Origin: Owenia fusiformis
Taxonomy: Eukaryota
Reading direction: 5' to 3'
Assembly: GCA_903813345.2 (NCBI GenBank)
Contig: CAIIXF020000001.1
Location: 21,514,001-21,578,000, forward strand
DNA length: 64,000 nt
The notes below the pieces were generated by a model. That model made no database searches. It had not been told where the DNA came from and saw nothing but the letters and a program-made list of their open reading frames with translations. How positions within the stretch are numbered: the first letter of the stretch is position 1; each line of letters starts with the position of its first letter. The translations under genes and the position numbers were made by a program. Positions 1-12,700 of the stretch are shown piece by piece.

Positions 1-486
1 TTTACAGTGGGTTAATGTGCAGCCCATAGCTCGACTGACTGATGTGTAACTGGACTTTGAAGTGTTCCACGTAGGCAGTTGTTCCACATTGCAGGTTTTA
101 CTGTATATGTAGTGAGGTGGTGGTGGTGGTGGTTTCTATTTTGAATTTTTGGTAAACCTAATTTTCAACACTTCCTATTTCAAAAGTTTTTAAAGTGGGT
201 CGGAATGTTTTACAGTATTTGAAAAAGGATTGCTGTAGAACTTAGTGCAACACTTGAGATGACATCTTGTCTTGGTCATTCAGATAGAATGGCCATACAA
301 ACAAAATATTATATTGACTTGAAATGCTGATGACTGTTTTTTAAAGAATTGTTTTTTAACTAATTTTCTATAAATGGTAATTTTCAGGGTCACACAATTA
401 GAAATGATTACAAAAGTGTAACACTTTGTTATAGAGACTGAAACAATATGTCACCATAATTAGGCCAAGGTACTGATTATACATAC

Positions 487-3400
487 CCTCCCATTGCTCT
501 AGTGAAACTGTTGATTCGTGGAACATGTACATAGTGACGGTTACGCAGCATCCCATCAATAGCTGCCTCTGCTACTTCCCTTGGTTCAAACACACGGCCA
601 AATCTGAAATTATTTCCATTGTATCAAAGTCACATTAAGGCGCTAGGCAGTTTCTCACTTACACAAAAATTCGGAATGGGATCAAAACTTAGATATCAAA
701 CATATGAAATTATTTGTGTTTTGGAGGGGGAGCCAATTTCATTTCATGCCAGACTTTGAAAATTTATTCTTTTCTTGCTGCCATAATGGTTTGTGTGACT
801 CCTAGCTTTCCGCGCCAAGAGGACTCATATGACATATGAAATACATAAGGTATGTGTGGTGAAAAACCATAAATGATAAAAAAAAACAGGTAAATGAAAG
901 GTAACAGTAATAGCATACCTGTCTCTTGGATACCATGTCATGCCAGTGTTCACAAACAATGGATAAACTGTTGTAGTGTGGACACCATCACAACCAAGCT
1001 TATCAATCTCCTCATCAAGAGCGTCAGTGAAACCATCAACTGCCCATTTAGTGGCACTGCAGATACAAAGAGTCCATGATGTAATTTCAAGGTGATTTGC
1101 CCAAACCCTGCCTATTCATTGCATATTTGTTTGTATTTATGAAATAAACCTATTGATGGAAAATTGTAATTTCAAATTAAAGTAAAACCTGTGTGAGTGG
1201 AACACCCTTGGTTCCTCTAAAATGTGTTCCATTTATGGAGGTGCTCCACTTCTAGAGGTGTTCCCATTTACAAGTTATACTGTACATATATATTGTATTT
1301 TTAATTCAAAGAAATGTATAAACTGGGATGGAAATCAATAATTGTGAGATTATTTTGTAAAATAAAAATAATTTCAAAAGAAAAAAATTCCCAAACAATA
1401 CTGACACTCAAATATATCCTTAAGCAGGGCATTCTCTTAAAAACTGTATTATAATTTTTAATTTTTATACCATAACTTGTAAATGATAATTATGTTTTAT
1501 TGAAATATTTTATATTTTACGAGAACAGGTGTTCATATAGTCAGGTGTTTACAGAAAGAGGTGTTTGGATAAAAAAGTGTTTACAAACTATCGCGAGGAA
1601 TCACTTTACCTATAGTCAACAAGGAAGGCTGTTCCACTTATAGCTGAGGCTGATGCCAAGGTTAAGATGTGGCCATGATTGTTCTCAATCATTTTGGGCA
1701 AAAATGCGCGTACTGTCTGCAAATAAAAGAAAATCACTGCAAGATTACCAGTGAATATAAATTTTTTGTAAGATAATCAATAAATCTACTACGTTATTAA
1801 CTGGGAGGTATTAAATATGGGTTTTATTCCAAGGGACAATACAATATTGACTAAAGGAGTGGCCGTGACAATACATGAACTTGTATGATTAACATCATAA
1901 TTAAGAATAACAGTTTGTTGTCCATGTGATTTTTACATAAACAGAATATTCTGTACTTCAGATCAGTTTGGTCTTAGGTGAAAAATTGGTTTATTTGGGT
2001 CTATAACCTGAGAATATTTAATATTTGGATGTAATTCCTTAAGCTCATAAGTTTGAAATACAATTAATCCTGAAATCCATTCAGTTGGGTAGCTGATGTT
2101 TTAAGGTATTATAAGTGAATATCAGGGTTTCCTATTTGGTGTGCTAGATTATCCCCTCATATTTTTCAGAAGATATTTATACACAGGTATTTATTCTGAA
2201 TTTGATGATATATTTCTCTTTCATCCAAATCCTCTCCATACTTAAAAAAAATAGGATATGGTCCCCATTTCCAATAATGAAGTATTCCCTTAATTAGGAT
2301 ATGGTCCCTTCAATTAAGAAGTATTCCCTTAATTACTTCCATGACGTGATAGAAAGTTGTTTTGAATCTTTTGGATAATTGTAACCCTTTGAATAAATAT
2401 TACTTCTTATACAGAAATAGACACAAAGGGTATTTAATGCATATTGATCAGGTATAATGGATGTCTATAAAGGCATTTATGACATCTACCAATAAATCTA
2501 GAAATGTATGTCTCTAACCAGTAAATGAGTCAGCACATTATAGCCAGAAACAGGCATGTTACATTAGAGTAGACCATACAAGTATGAAGAGAACAATAAG
2601 TGATTTTGCAAGTAACACCACTGCACATGGTTGGGGGAATGTCACCCAAAGAACAACAAAACTTGGTAGAACAATCTGGATTGGCCTCTGCCTGGGTTGT
2701 ACAGGTGTGGCAATATGGCAGGTGATCACGATCATCCTGCGATATGGGACATTCGATACAAGGGACAGAATTGTTGTAAAGAACGGAGACATTGTATTCC
2801 CATCAGTTACTGTGTGTCCTTTAGTTGGAATGCCAGCATCAGGGTATGATCAGCTTTTTCAAGATATGAGAGAGGGAAAACAAGAAACTATTCCATTGAT
2901 GAGACTAACTGAGCTTTTACAAAATCTCACAGCTTATGTAGACAATAATATCTCACAAAGTGCTCAGTCAGAGAAACTGGAATTTTACGAAGAGTTTCAC
3001 ACTCAGTTGTACTCTTTTCAAGGATTTTTTGACAATAGTAAAAAGTCAATTCAAGACTACAGCCATAAACAAGATAATTTTATCCCAGTATGTGTGTATC
3101 AAGGAAAGTCATGTTTGAAGTCAGACTTTACCACTTTAGATCACCATGAACATTATACATGCTTTACATTCAATGGAGGCAACACAACCATTGCTAAACC
3201 TAGCACAAAGATCTCAGGCCCTAAAGGGGGACTATCTTTAACTTTATACCTTGATGCCGTTGAAGGTTCTCTGATATACAATCCAAACTATGCAACCAGT
3301 GGTAGTCAAGGAGTAAGAGTTGTGATCCATGAAAAGGGGACCCTGCCTGACCCAGAAAATGATGGATTTGATATTGAGCCAGGACACTCGGTCAATGCAG

Positions 3401-6400
3401 CATTGTCTGTCAATGAAAGACAACTGATGAAAGCACCTTGGGGAGAATGCGCTGATCACGACTCTGAGGCCTATGGAAGTTTCAAATACACCAAAAAACA
3501 TTGTCTCCTGAAATGCCTGCAGAAAACCATCTATGAAACATGTGGTTGTGTCCAATCCTCTTTACCAGTCGATGATGATATGGCTCACACAAGATATTGT
3601 CTAAAACTTCACTTAAACGAATGGGTAAAACTTCAATCCAATGAGTACAATCTAACTATAATTCAGAATGACTTGGAACAACTTCGATGCCAAAATAATT
3701 TTTCATTGTCAGATTTTGTGGGCCAAGATGGTTGCCAATGCCGGGAAAAGTGCTTGTATCAATCATATGAAATGACACTCTCTCAATCAGTGTGGCCATT
3801 AGAAGGGGTAGAGATAGACTTGTACTGTAGATCACTCATGAACATGGACAACTACATTAACTCTAGCATTTATAATAGCTTTCATGATGTTTTCCCTGAA
3901 TACTGTGGTCATGCAAAATCAGAAGAAGAAAACAAGATACTTAGAGACACATATGGAATTAAACTGAGAAAAAATGTTGTTCGTTTAAATGTGTATTTTA
4001 AAGACCTAGACACAAAGATAACCCAGCAGGCTGAAGACTTCACAATTAACTCTATGATTTCAGAAATTGGAGGAAGTTTTGGATTCTTTATTGGCATGTC
4101 TGTTATAACAATTGCTGAAGTGATCATTTTGTGCTTGAACCTTGCTCAGGTGATTAGAAAGCAAATGGTAATATCACCCACACATCAAGAAAAGGAAATG
4201 GCACGTAAAAATGCCTGGGTGGAGACATGGCCTAAACAATGATGAAATGTTACATCTAGACAATATGAGTGAATATATCCACAGTTCATAGGTTCTACAG
4301 ATGGATAAACTGTTTAACATGAGTTTTCAGAATAAATGTTGTCTACTTTATGCACACTATAGTAAACTTTTAAGTTGAAAAGGCCTTTTAATCTAACTGT
4401 CTTTTGGATTGATTGAATGACATTCTAACTGGTATTGTCATTTCGTAACAATGCAGTGTGGACTGTATATTAAAACTGAAAAAAATAAATCAATAGGGGT
4501 AAAACAATATGCTTTATGTAGTTAGTCTTGGACTATTCAAAGTTAATCGCATGACTTTCATGTTTTGGCTACATGACCATACAAAAAAATGTCTGAAAAT
4601 ATTGATTATTACCCTACAATATAAAACCCATAAATTAGGGATAATATAAAATATGAACTACTGATTCTTACATACCCAGAAATGAGCCAAACAGTTGACA
4701 TTCCAAATTCGTTTTATTTGCTCATCTGTCAACCTCATTAAGTTGAGTCCATAGAGAATTCCAGCATTGTTTAGTAACATTGTCACATCACCAACTTCTT
4801 GTTTCACTTTTGCCGCAGTTTGGTTGACCTCATCTACGTTACTGACATCACATTTGTAAGCTCTAGCAAATCCACCATTTTGATTGATTTCCGCTGCAGT
4901 TTCTTTGACGCCTTCCTGTTAATAGAAAACATTCAATTACCATGCTGATACTTTTCAAATAATTTACAGTAAAACTTGTGTAAGTGGAACATCTATTGTA
5001 CGTCAAGTAGTGTTCCACTCGACAAATGTTTCACAAACAGAGTTTTGCTTCACATGTAATTGGGTAAGAGGATTTTATATGTTCCACTTCTGGGGGTGTT
5101 CCACTGACGGAGGGGTTCCACCTTACAGGTTTTACTGTGTAATGTGTGAAAAAGTGAAACTTATTTGTGCACAATGGTAGTGAGACAGAACAAGAAAACA
5201 TATTTACTTGTTGAAGGATACAAAAGGCATTAACATGCAAAATATCACTAGCTGCCATTTGTTACAGATGCCGACTGATATTTGTTACAGAAAACGTTAC
5301 AGACAATGTTACAGACACCGAACACCATCTATAAGACTAAGTGATGGAGACTATACAATATCTAACCACTTCTGATAGTGACATAATGAACATGTAAACT
5401 TGATGTTGTGTAAGAACCCTGAATAGCAAGTTACTAATACATATAGCTACCCAAGCTAATCATTTTGGTGGCTCAAGCAGAAGACCAATGAGATTTAGAT
5501 TACAAATCCACTGTCTGAGTAATCATTACAGTCGACCCTGACACAAACACAGCAGCAGGGCTGTCAACTTGGGACCACCTAACATGAGTGACTTCCAAAT
5601 GTTGAACACCTTCCTTCAAACTTACGTTATATATACACATATATTGTACCAAATGCGTGACATAAACGGCAATCGCGTGCAAAGACCGAACGGAATGCGT
5701 TCGCTTATTTTCGCCGATCGGTTTTTACCCTTTCGGCATTCACAAAAAACGCTTTTTATAAATATCAACAAAATCCGTGATTTGCGTGATATTTGATCAT
5801 ACACGCTAAATTGATGCGTGATTTCCATTTTTCAAGCAAATGCGTGACAATCACGCCTAATGCGTGAGGGTTGACAGGGCAGCAGCAGCAGGCCTGTCAA
5901 CTGTCCCGCAATTTGCGTATTTGTCACGCATTTGCTGAAGAATTTGAAGTCACGCCAGTTATTTTTGCGTGACAGAAAATGTCACGCAAATACGCATTTT
6001 ACCTGGTAATTGTCAAGCAAAAATATTTCTGTAGAAAAATTTCTAAAAGATCGTCTACACAGCAAAAATAGGAACGCCGGAAAAAAATGTACGCATTTCG
6101 TTCGGACTTTTCACGCGAATTACGTATATGTCACGCATTCCGTTCGAAATTTTTCGTACCTACCCCCCCTTTCATGGCTTTTCATTACCCACGACACTGC
6201 TAATAGAAGTATAAATGAATCATACTAACTGTGTTTATATCCCAAAGGATAACTTTTGCACCATTGGTAGCTAATTCTAAAGCCATCTCTCTGCCAATCC
6301 CATGGCCCCCTCCTGTAACAAGGGCTATTTCATTTGTGATATCTTTCCTCTTTGGAGGTATGAAAAGTGAGATAAAGTTCTCCAAACAAGAAAATCCAAT

Positions 6401-6439
6401 GTTCAATAGAACCAAAATGAATTCAAAAATTACATTCAT
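487..6439 (-). CDS. Short-chain dehydrogenase/reductase of the SDR16C family (RDH10/RDHE2/HSD17B11-like); 3' end apparently outside the window
   Basis: Exons 6439-6230, 4915-4676, 1716-1610, 1056-919 and 603-487, all GT-AG and phase-consistent. The protein has an N-terminal hydrophobic anchor, TGGGHGIG (Rossmann fold), CDVS, NNAG, NVNCLAHFW and the catalytic YSATK. Confidence 0.92.
2584..4242 (+). CDS. DEG/ENaC-family sodium channel subunit, FaNaC-like, intronless, nested antisense in SDR intron 2
   Basis: 552-aa ORF with the TTAHGW (HG) motif, TM1, FPSVTVC, CFTFN, GLSLTL, GVRVVIH, a Cys-rich thumb, LSQSVWP, RLNVYF and TM2 SEIGGSFGFFIGMS. AATAAA at 4331. Confidence 0.93.
   Translation: MKRTISDFASNTTAHGWGNVTQRTTKLGRTIWIGLCLGCTGVAIWQVITIILRYGTFDTRDRIVVKNGDIVFPSVTVCPLVGMPASGYDQLFQDMREGKQETIPLMRLTELLQNLTAYVDNNISQSAQSEKLEFYEEFHTQLYSFQGFFDNSKKSIQDYSHKQDNFIPVCVYQGKSCLKSDFTTLDHHEHYTCFTFNGGNTTIAKPSTKISGPKGGLSLTLYLDAVEGSLIYNPNYATSGSQGVRVVIHEKGTLPDPENDGFDIEPGHSVNAALSVNERQLMKAPWGECADHDSEAYGSFKYTKKHCLLKCLQKTIYETCGCVQSSLPVDDDMAHTRYCLKLHLNEWVKLQSNEYNLTIIQNDLEQLRCQNNFSLSDFVGQDGCQCREKCLYQSYEMTLSQSVWPLEGVEIDLYCRSLMNMDNYINSSIYNSFHDVFPEYCGHAKSEEENKILRDTYGIKLRKNVVRLNVYFKDLDTKITQQAEDFTINSMISEIGGSFGFFIGMSVITIAEVIILCLNLAQVIRKQMVISPTHQEKEMARKNAWVETWPKQ
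4967..5137. mobile_element. pogo/Tc1-type MITE; related copies at about 58-105, 1181-1282, 29245-29406, 30355-30545 and 45421-45569
   Basis: CAGTAAAAC...GTTTTACTG ends with a TA left flank and internal GTGGAACA/TGTTCCAC repeats; recurs across the window. Confidence 0.75.
5556..6155. mobile_element. Two diverged related MITE-like copies in opposite orientation, joined at (CAG)n
   Basis: CAGGGCTGTCAAC...GTTGACAGGGC (5556-5880) is followed by CAGGCCTGTCAAC (5889). The second copy aligns to the reverse complement of the first (GTCACGCATTTGC, CGCATTYCGTTCG). Confidence 0.6.
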
Positions 6440-6777
6440 GTCTAATATTAACTGCCAAAACTCTTAGCATATGCTATTAGCAGATTAGAAGAACATTAGA
6501 AGATTCAGTTTTTGTTTTGAATTTTGGACTGGGATTTCCCTCTAGAGTGACGTCATACGATGACCTACTTTTGTATTTCTTTTTTTAACAATAGTTTGAA
6601 GCAAGTTTTTTTAGAATAATGGTGTTTCGAGTAAGACAGATTATCACATATAAATATTGAATATATGATACAACAGCTATGCTGGATTTAAACAAAGGTA
6701 ACAAAAATATAATGCTCCCTAAAAGGGTTTCCCCAACCATCGCCATCTTGCACGTGGAAATCAGAAAATCCTGAAAA
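6440..6777. promoter_or_regulatory. Bidirectional promoter between the SDR gene and BYSL
   Basis: Only 338 bp separate the divergent ATGs. Contains a CRE TGACGTCA (6548-6555), a YY1-type CGCCATCTTG (6741-6750) and an E-box CACGTG (6751-6756). Confidence 0.7.
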
Positions 6778-9700
6778 ATGGGAAAACACAAAAAATCTAA
6801 GCTTAGGTCTGATCCTTTGGTTGGTCGCCCCGCTCCCTTAACAGATCAAATATTAGAGGATACCTCAGTACGAGCTCCTGGACGAACGAAAGTGAGAGAA
6901 AGACAGGGAGATGAAATAAAGGTAATTTCTTGAATTTTTGAAAATCAAAATGAAATTCAAATTAGAAATTCAATGTTGTTTCAAAAGGAAGTAAGGCCAA
7001 GGGACACTGCTAAATCGTAAATTTGGACATCCAGGTCAGACTTACGACAGTCAATTTTTCAGAAACAACCATAGATACTGTAATATGGCTTTGAAATTTT
7101 CTTATTCAATCAGTCAATACTCCAAAAGTAATATGCTATAACGTTTGGAAACTAGCTCAGTTTAGTTACCTCCCCATAGACACGGGAACAAGAGTTCATC
7201 CCCCTCCCACTCACTTTGTATCAGGTAGAAAAAATACAGGCTCTTATCTCGGGAAATCTAAGCCACTACAGTCTGTTTCACTGCTTCAAAGGCAAGCAGT
7301 TGAACCTGAAAATTAAGAAATCTATAGACTTACTTCCTGCGAAAGCTATTTGGATTTTGATATAATAGCTTTCCCACGGAGCATTTGAACAGCTGATTGA
7401 TTGTGACCTTTGAAATCGAATTAAGGTGACTGTTAACTTAATCGATTTTCAGAAAAAATTGAAAATTTCACAATCTTGAAATTTTCAAACTCTTCCTGAG
7501 AAGTCGTTTTTATTATTTCACATATGCTTGTGCACTGTAATCATTACAAAGACATCAAAGAACAACAAAAAAACTTTAGTTTGAGAAAAAAAAGTGCCGT
7601 TAAAGAATTTGAGAAGATTTTTTTCTAGGAGTAGCCTGTGAAAAACCGCTGATTCAAAATATCTGAACATTTCAGAAAATATACTTCAAGCATATATCAA
7701 AAACGAAGGAGCAACGGAAATTTGAAAAATTACCCGATAAAAAAATTGGGATCAAAATAAGGAAAAAGTACACTTCTCAAATTGTTTTTTTCTATTTTTT
7801 TTAATTTGTATGAGATTTCAAAATTCTAAAGCTCCTTCCATTTTGGGCTATATTAAAGGGATGTTTCAGAGAAATTAGAAAAAAAAATGGTCAGGGACCT
7901 TTGCCGTGCTACTCTTTTTGTCAATTTTTCTGTCACATTTTCAGAGGACTCAAATTCCCATTCCAAAATGTTTACTGTTTCTATTTGCATTACCACAGTG
8001 AGCCTGGTTATATAAATGATAAGTGGAACTAAAAAATTGAGAGAAAATCCAACCAAAGACAGTTAATTTTGATGGTCAGATTATACTCAAATGCCATGTG
8101 CTTCCTGGTTTCGGCCATCTTGTATTTTTTGATTAAGTTATAAGTTACCTTAAGTCGATCCGTGGCTTACTTTTGGTCTCTAACTGTGTCTTACAAGACT
8201 TGTAATTGTAAGTCGAGTGAATCGTTTTACTGCCAAATTCCAATATGGCGTTTTCTGCTCGGACATTTTCGTAAATCTCTGGAGGTTATCCGAACCTAAC
8301 TAATTCTCAAAATTCATTTCGTTCGTTGCGTATCTCGCTCCTAGCGAACCGCCATATTGGAAATAGGTCTAAAAAACTTTCACTCGATGAACAATTTACA
8401 AGTCTTGATCGAAAAAGAAGTACTCCAGCGCTCCAATACTTACAAGGATTGATGATACTGATGTAAGACACAGTTAGAGACCAAAAGTAAGCCGCGGATC
8501 AACTTAATTCGATTTCAAAGGTCACTATTGATCAGCTGTTCACTTTCCCGTTTGAGAGCCATAAGTTTCAAAATCTAACATGGCTCTCGAAGTGAGTAAC
8601 TATAGACCATTGTGCCATAATATAAAAAAAATATATTCATATTGCACACAAATGGCATTTGTACATTTCAGATTATTCAGTGTTTAGTGCAATAAATTAA
8701 GCCTATGCCCTCTTGTAATTTGAGGTCTGTCTGCCATGTTATTTTTTTGAGAATCAACATGTTAGAGAAGCATCAAAATATAAGAGGTTACAGATATTAT
8801 GAGCCAATTTAAAAGCAATCCAACATATACAAATGTGATTCGGGTGCAATATGAATATATTTTTCTATAAATTACTATTACAAATCTCAATTCTAGTATT
8901 TAGATATATCTGAGGCGATGCTATGAACTTATTGTACTAGTAGTCTCGGTATATTTTTCATAGTATATCATGATATATATTTAGCTTTTTTGGATTTCTA
9001 AAAAAATCGTCGTGATTTTCCCGCCAAATTTCATGTCCAAGAAATGATCATTCGAGTAATCTGGCCGTTAAAACATCAAAACTTTGTAGGTTTGTAATTC
9101 AAAAAATTGAAAAAGACAATAAAAAAGTGTGAGAATATTTAATTAAATTTAATTAAATAATATTAATTAATAACTGCTGTGATTTGATTGGTTGACTGCA
9201 GAAACAAGATGGCGATTGGATGTCAATTTGTCGTGACCGTGGGTTGCTCGGTAAAAGCCAGCTGGACACAAACCCTAGAGATTGACACTGCTATTAAAAA
9301 CCAGATTGTTTGGTCGATAAGATATTTATATACATAATCTGAGAATTTTAGAGAAGATCATTGGACATATGGTGAGATTGAGCTGTTAGAGAAGAGATTT
9401 GGATGTTTACGAGATCAGCCTGTATTTTTTTTATTATTACATTAGTTATACAGTGACTGGGGAGAGGGGGATTTAAATCTTCCTGGGCCTGTGTACCTCC
9501 TGTTTGAAGAGCTCTCATGTAGGGTACAACTTCGTCTACATCCGGGTTCTTTCCCATTTCACAGGGATACGACTTTCATTGATGCACTGCGGCTTTATTT
9601 ACATTTATGTAGAGATGTATGAAATTAAGATACAACAAGGCTTTTTGAACTATAATCCCCAAATCCGAAGAAATCTGTAGTTGAAAATGCCGTCCAATAC

Positions 9701-12700
9701 CAGAGTGACGTTACTGATTTACCAGAAATTGCTCCAGACGGCATTGAGGATTGAAAAGAATATAAATAATGTTACTTAATCTCCGATTATTTTCTGATTA
9801 TTGAATAGATTGGATCATATAGCAATTGCTTTAGGGCTGATGGAAAATCGGAAGCTGAGAAACTGTCATTTTGTCAAGATTCACGCTAGTTTTATCAGAA
9901 TTTGTTGAAAGGAGCAGGGAAAGTATCGCAACAGACTTTTGATAATTTTGACAGTTGATAATTTTTTTGTGAGTAGTTTCTGGCTGTAAAAAGTAAATGC
10001 TTGGGAAAGGCGAATCTATAATCTTCAAGAAAAGTTCAAAGAATAGTTTCCAGATCAATTGGATTATCTTATAATCCATGTTTAATCCACCCATCAACAA
10101 GCTTTTTCAAAATACATTCGTCATTTTCACCATCGTCCCTCATTTTTTTTACAATTTTTCATGCAAAGTTACATTGTACTTGAACACATGTTTCATCAAG
10201 TAAAATATGTAAGGAACTCCATGAAGTTTGTTTTTGAGTTTTTTAAAAAAAAATAAACCTCTTAAAATGCATGTTGACAAAAATAATTTAGGAGTGATGT
10301 AAAAGATGGCAATGTTTTTCAATAATAACATGCATAGGTGGGTGAATTACTCATGTGTGTTGTGTTTTAATCCTGCATTCACTGACTGAGTTAGCCTATT
10401 GAAAAATCATAGAGATTAATAATACAAACAGTAATACTATGAATACTTCTACTTCAAGCTCAAATAGCGCTTTCAGGGTCCTGTGTTGAAATACTAGATC
10501 ACCTTATGTGCATGAATATTCAAGAGAAACCATCAGTGCAAGCAATTAAATGAAAGCATCATCCGAACATCACTTGAAAAGTACTAAAGTGGTGAAAAAT
10601 TGCAGGATGTTGACAGAAAATGTGCCTAGGGGAGAGGGTCGTCTCTCAACCCCCCTCCTCCCCCTCCCTGGTCACGGGACTAATACATGTGATATGGCAA
10701 AGTCCAATTCATAGATTAAGTCTCCCTTGCAGTCTTGTTGGCATTTTTATTAGAGTTCATGTTTTGTTTATGTTAATGGGTGAGTGGAAGACCCTTGGGT
10801 GGGAATCAAATATAAAATGTTTTCTAAAATATATATTTGAAATACTTTGTGTATGTACAGTCACAAACTCTAGGCAACATTAACTAGTAATGGGGCAACA
10901 CCCCAACTCAACTGAGTCAATGTGTAAACCATATAAGGAACAAAAAACATTACATAAAACAAACTCAGCATGCAAACATGTAAAACTGGCATGGCAAAAC
11001 AATAGATTGTGAAACTGAATAATAAAAGCACATACGACTAGAAAACAAGGGATTAATGAACACTGGTGTAAAGTAATGAAGGGACCTGTTAAAATGACAT
11101 GAATGGGGATTGGTCAATTTGAATAGTAGAAATATAAAAAATGTGAAAATTAGCCAGGTAGAGGGGGAGAGATAAAGGGAGCTGCTGCTCCCCCAAGAGA
11201 TTCTTTCAAAATGATGCAGTTTCTCACCAATCTGAGCACTTCGCATGATTTTTTAGCCAAAACTGTCAAAAAGTTCATCCCTAGGCAAAAGCTTTGCCCT
11301 TGGTAAAACTGCTCCTATATAGTCAATAGCACGGTGTTATAGCATGACGGTTACGCCACCTCTGAAAACGAGGTTGGACAGCTACGTTCACTGATTTATC
11401 CAATAAAATGGCTGCGATGGAAGAGAAAACTAAGGTTGGCGCATTATTTTCTACTTCTGTGTATCAATGAAAGGATGAAGGATTTATGTAAGAATCGCAT
11501 TCGGTGATACTTTCAGTAATGTATATTTTGAACGTAGCCTTTGCAAATTGATGCCCGGGAATAACATGAAATAAGAGAAAAACTGTCGAGTTTGAAATTC
11601 AAAACTATACAAAAATTTAGTAATTTGTTTATTTTTGTTTTTGTTGTTAGGGCATGGTCTACATTGCCTAAAAACCTTGTGGTATATAGATGTAACCTAC
11701 ATATGATCATACAAAGCCAATTGAGCATTGGAAAACCACCTAATATGTTCTACTCAAGCCATAATAATGTATTTTGAATTTGCAGTAGTTATACACAGTT
11801 TACTTATACTTACAGTTAATATTTTGAGTGGCTCATGTACTGAGGCAACACGAGAATGGACCAAATATTATAAACTTTGATATCTCAGTCGGTAGGTTTA
11901 CAGATTATATTCTGTTTCTTGTAGACCACCTGGCAGATTTGACCCAGTCTTTATAACCATCCATATATATGTCACCGAATGGAACTAGTTTAAAAGGAAA
12001 TCTTATCTGTGAATATTGCCTACAGGCGAGAAAGAGGACATGCTGCCTTTCCCATTCGCCATTTTTTGTTATCGTTACCGCAAAATTTTGCAAATCGCCT
12101 TGACGTAACCATCATGCTATAACACCGTGAATAGGGGACCATAAGTTTACACATTCCATGTGTACGTTCATCAAAATAGTGCGATCTTTATTAACCTCCC
12201 TAATAACTGAAATTGTTGACTCAACCAATAGAATCATTCTGTTTGTTTATATGTTCACATTAATATGGAAGAAAATCGGACATTTTGCTAAAAAGATGTT
12301 ATTGTAAATCTTAGAAATAATGATAAAGGTAGTATACACCACACACTCAATGGTATCGATTGTGGTTTTCAGAGACTCTCAATAGGGACTTTAAGCTTGC
12401 AATGTTTCTCACAACCTAAATGTGAATGGAAAATATTTAGAGATGCATTTGTATGGGCGATTGGTCATAGGTTGGCGTTTCGATTTTATATGCAAGCTTA
12501 ATCTCCCTAATGTTAACATTAAGGTAAGAGTGTATGTTACTCATAACATTTTCTTAGGATATCATTTCTTGAATTGATGAATATGCAAAAATTATTCTCA
12601 GCATATCATCCTTCATTTCATTATTTGAATAATCAATCTGGAGATAAACTCAAATAAGGAAGTGTGTCATAACACATCATCATATAGAAACATGTTCAAT

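Noticed and set aside
3244-4127. Minus-strand ORFs over the channel gene (likewise 61627-62070 and 22175-22541)
   Set aside because: Antisense shadows of real coding exons.
12132-12509. Tiny TAGGG...CCCTA MITE-like hairpins
   Set aside because: Too short and degenerate to define boundaries or TSDs reliably.
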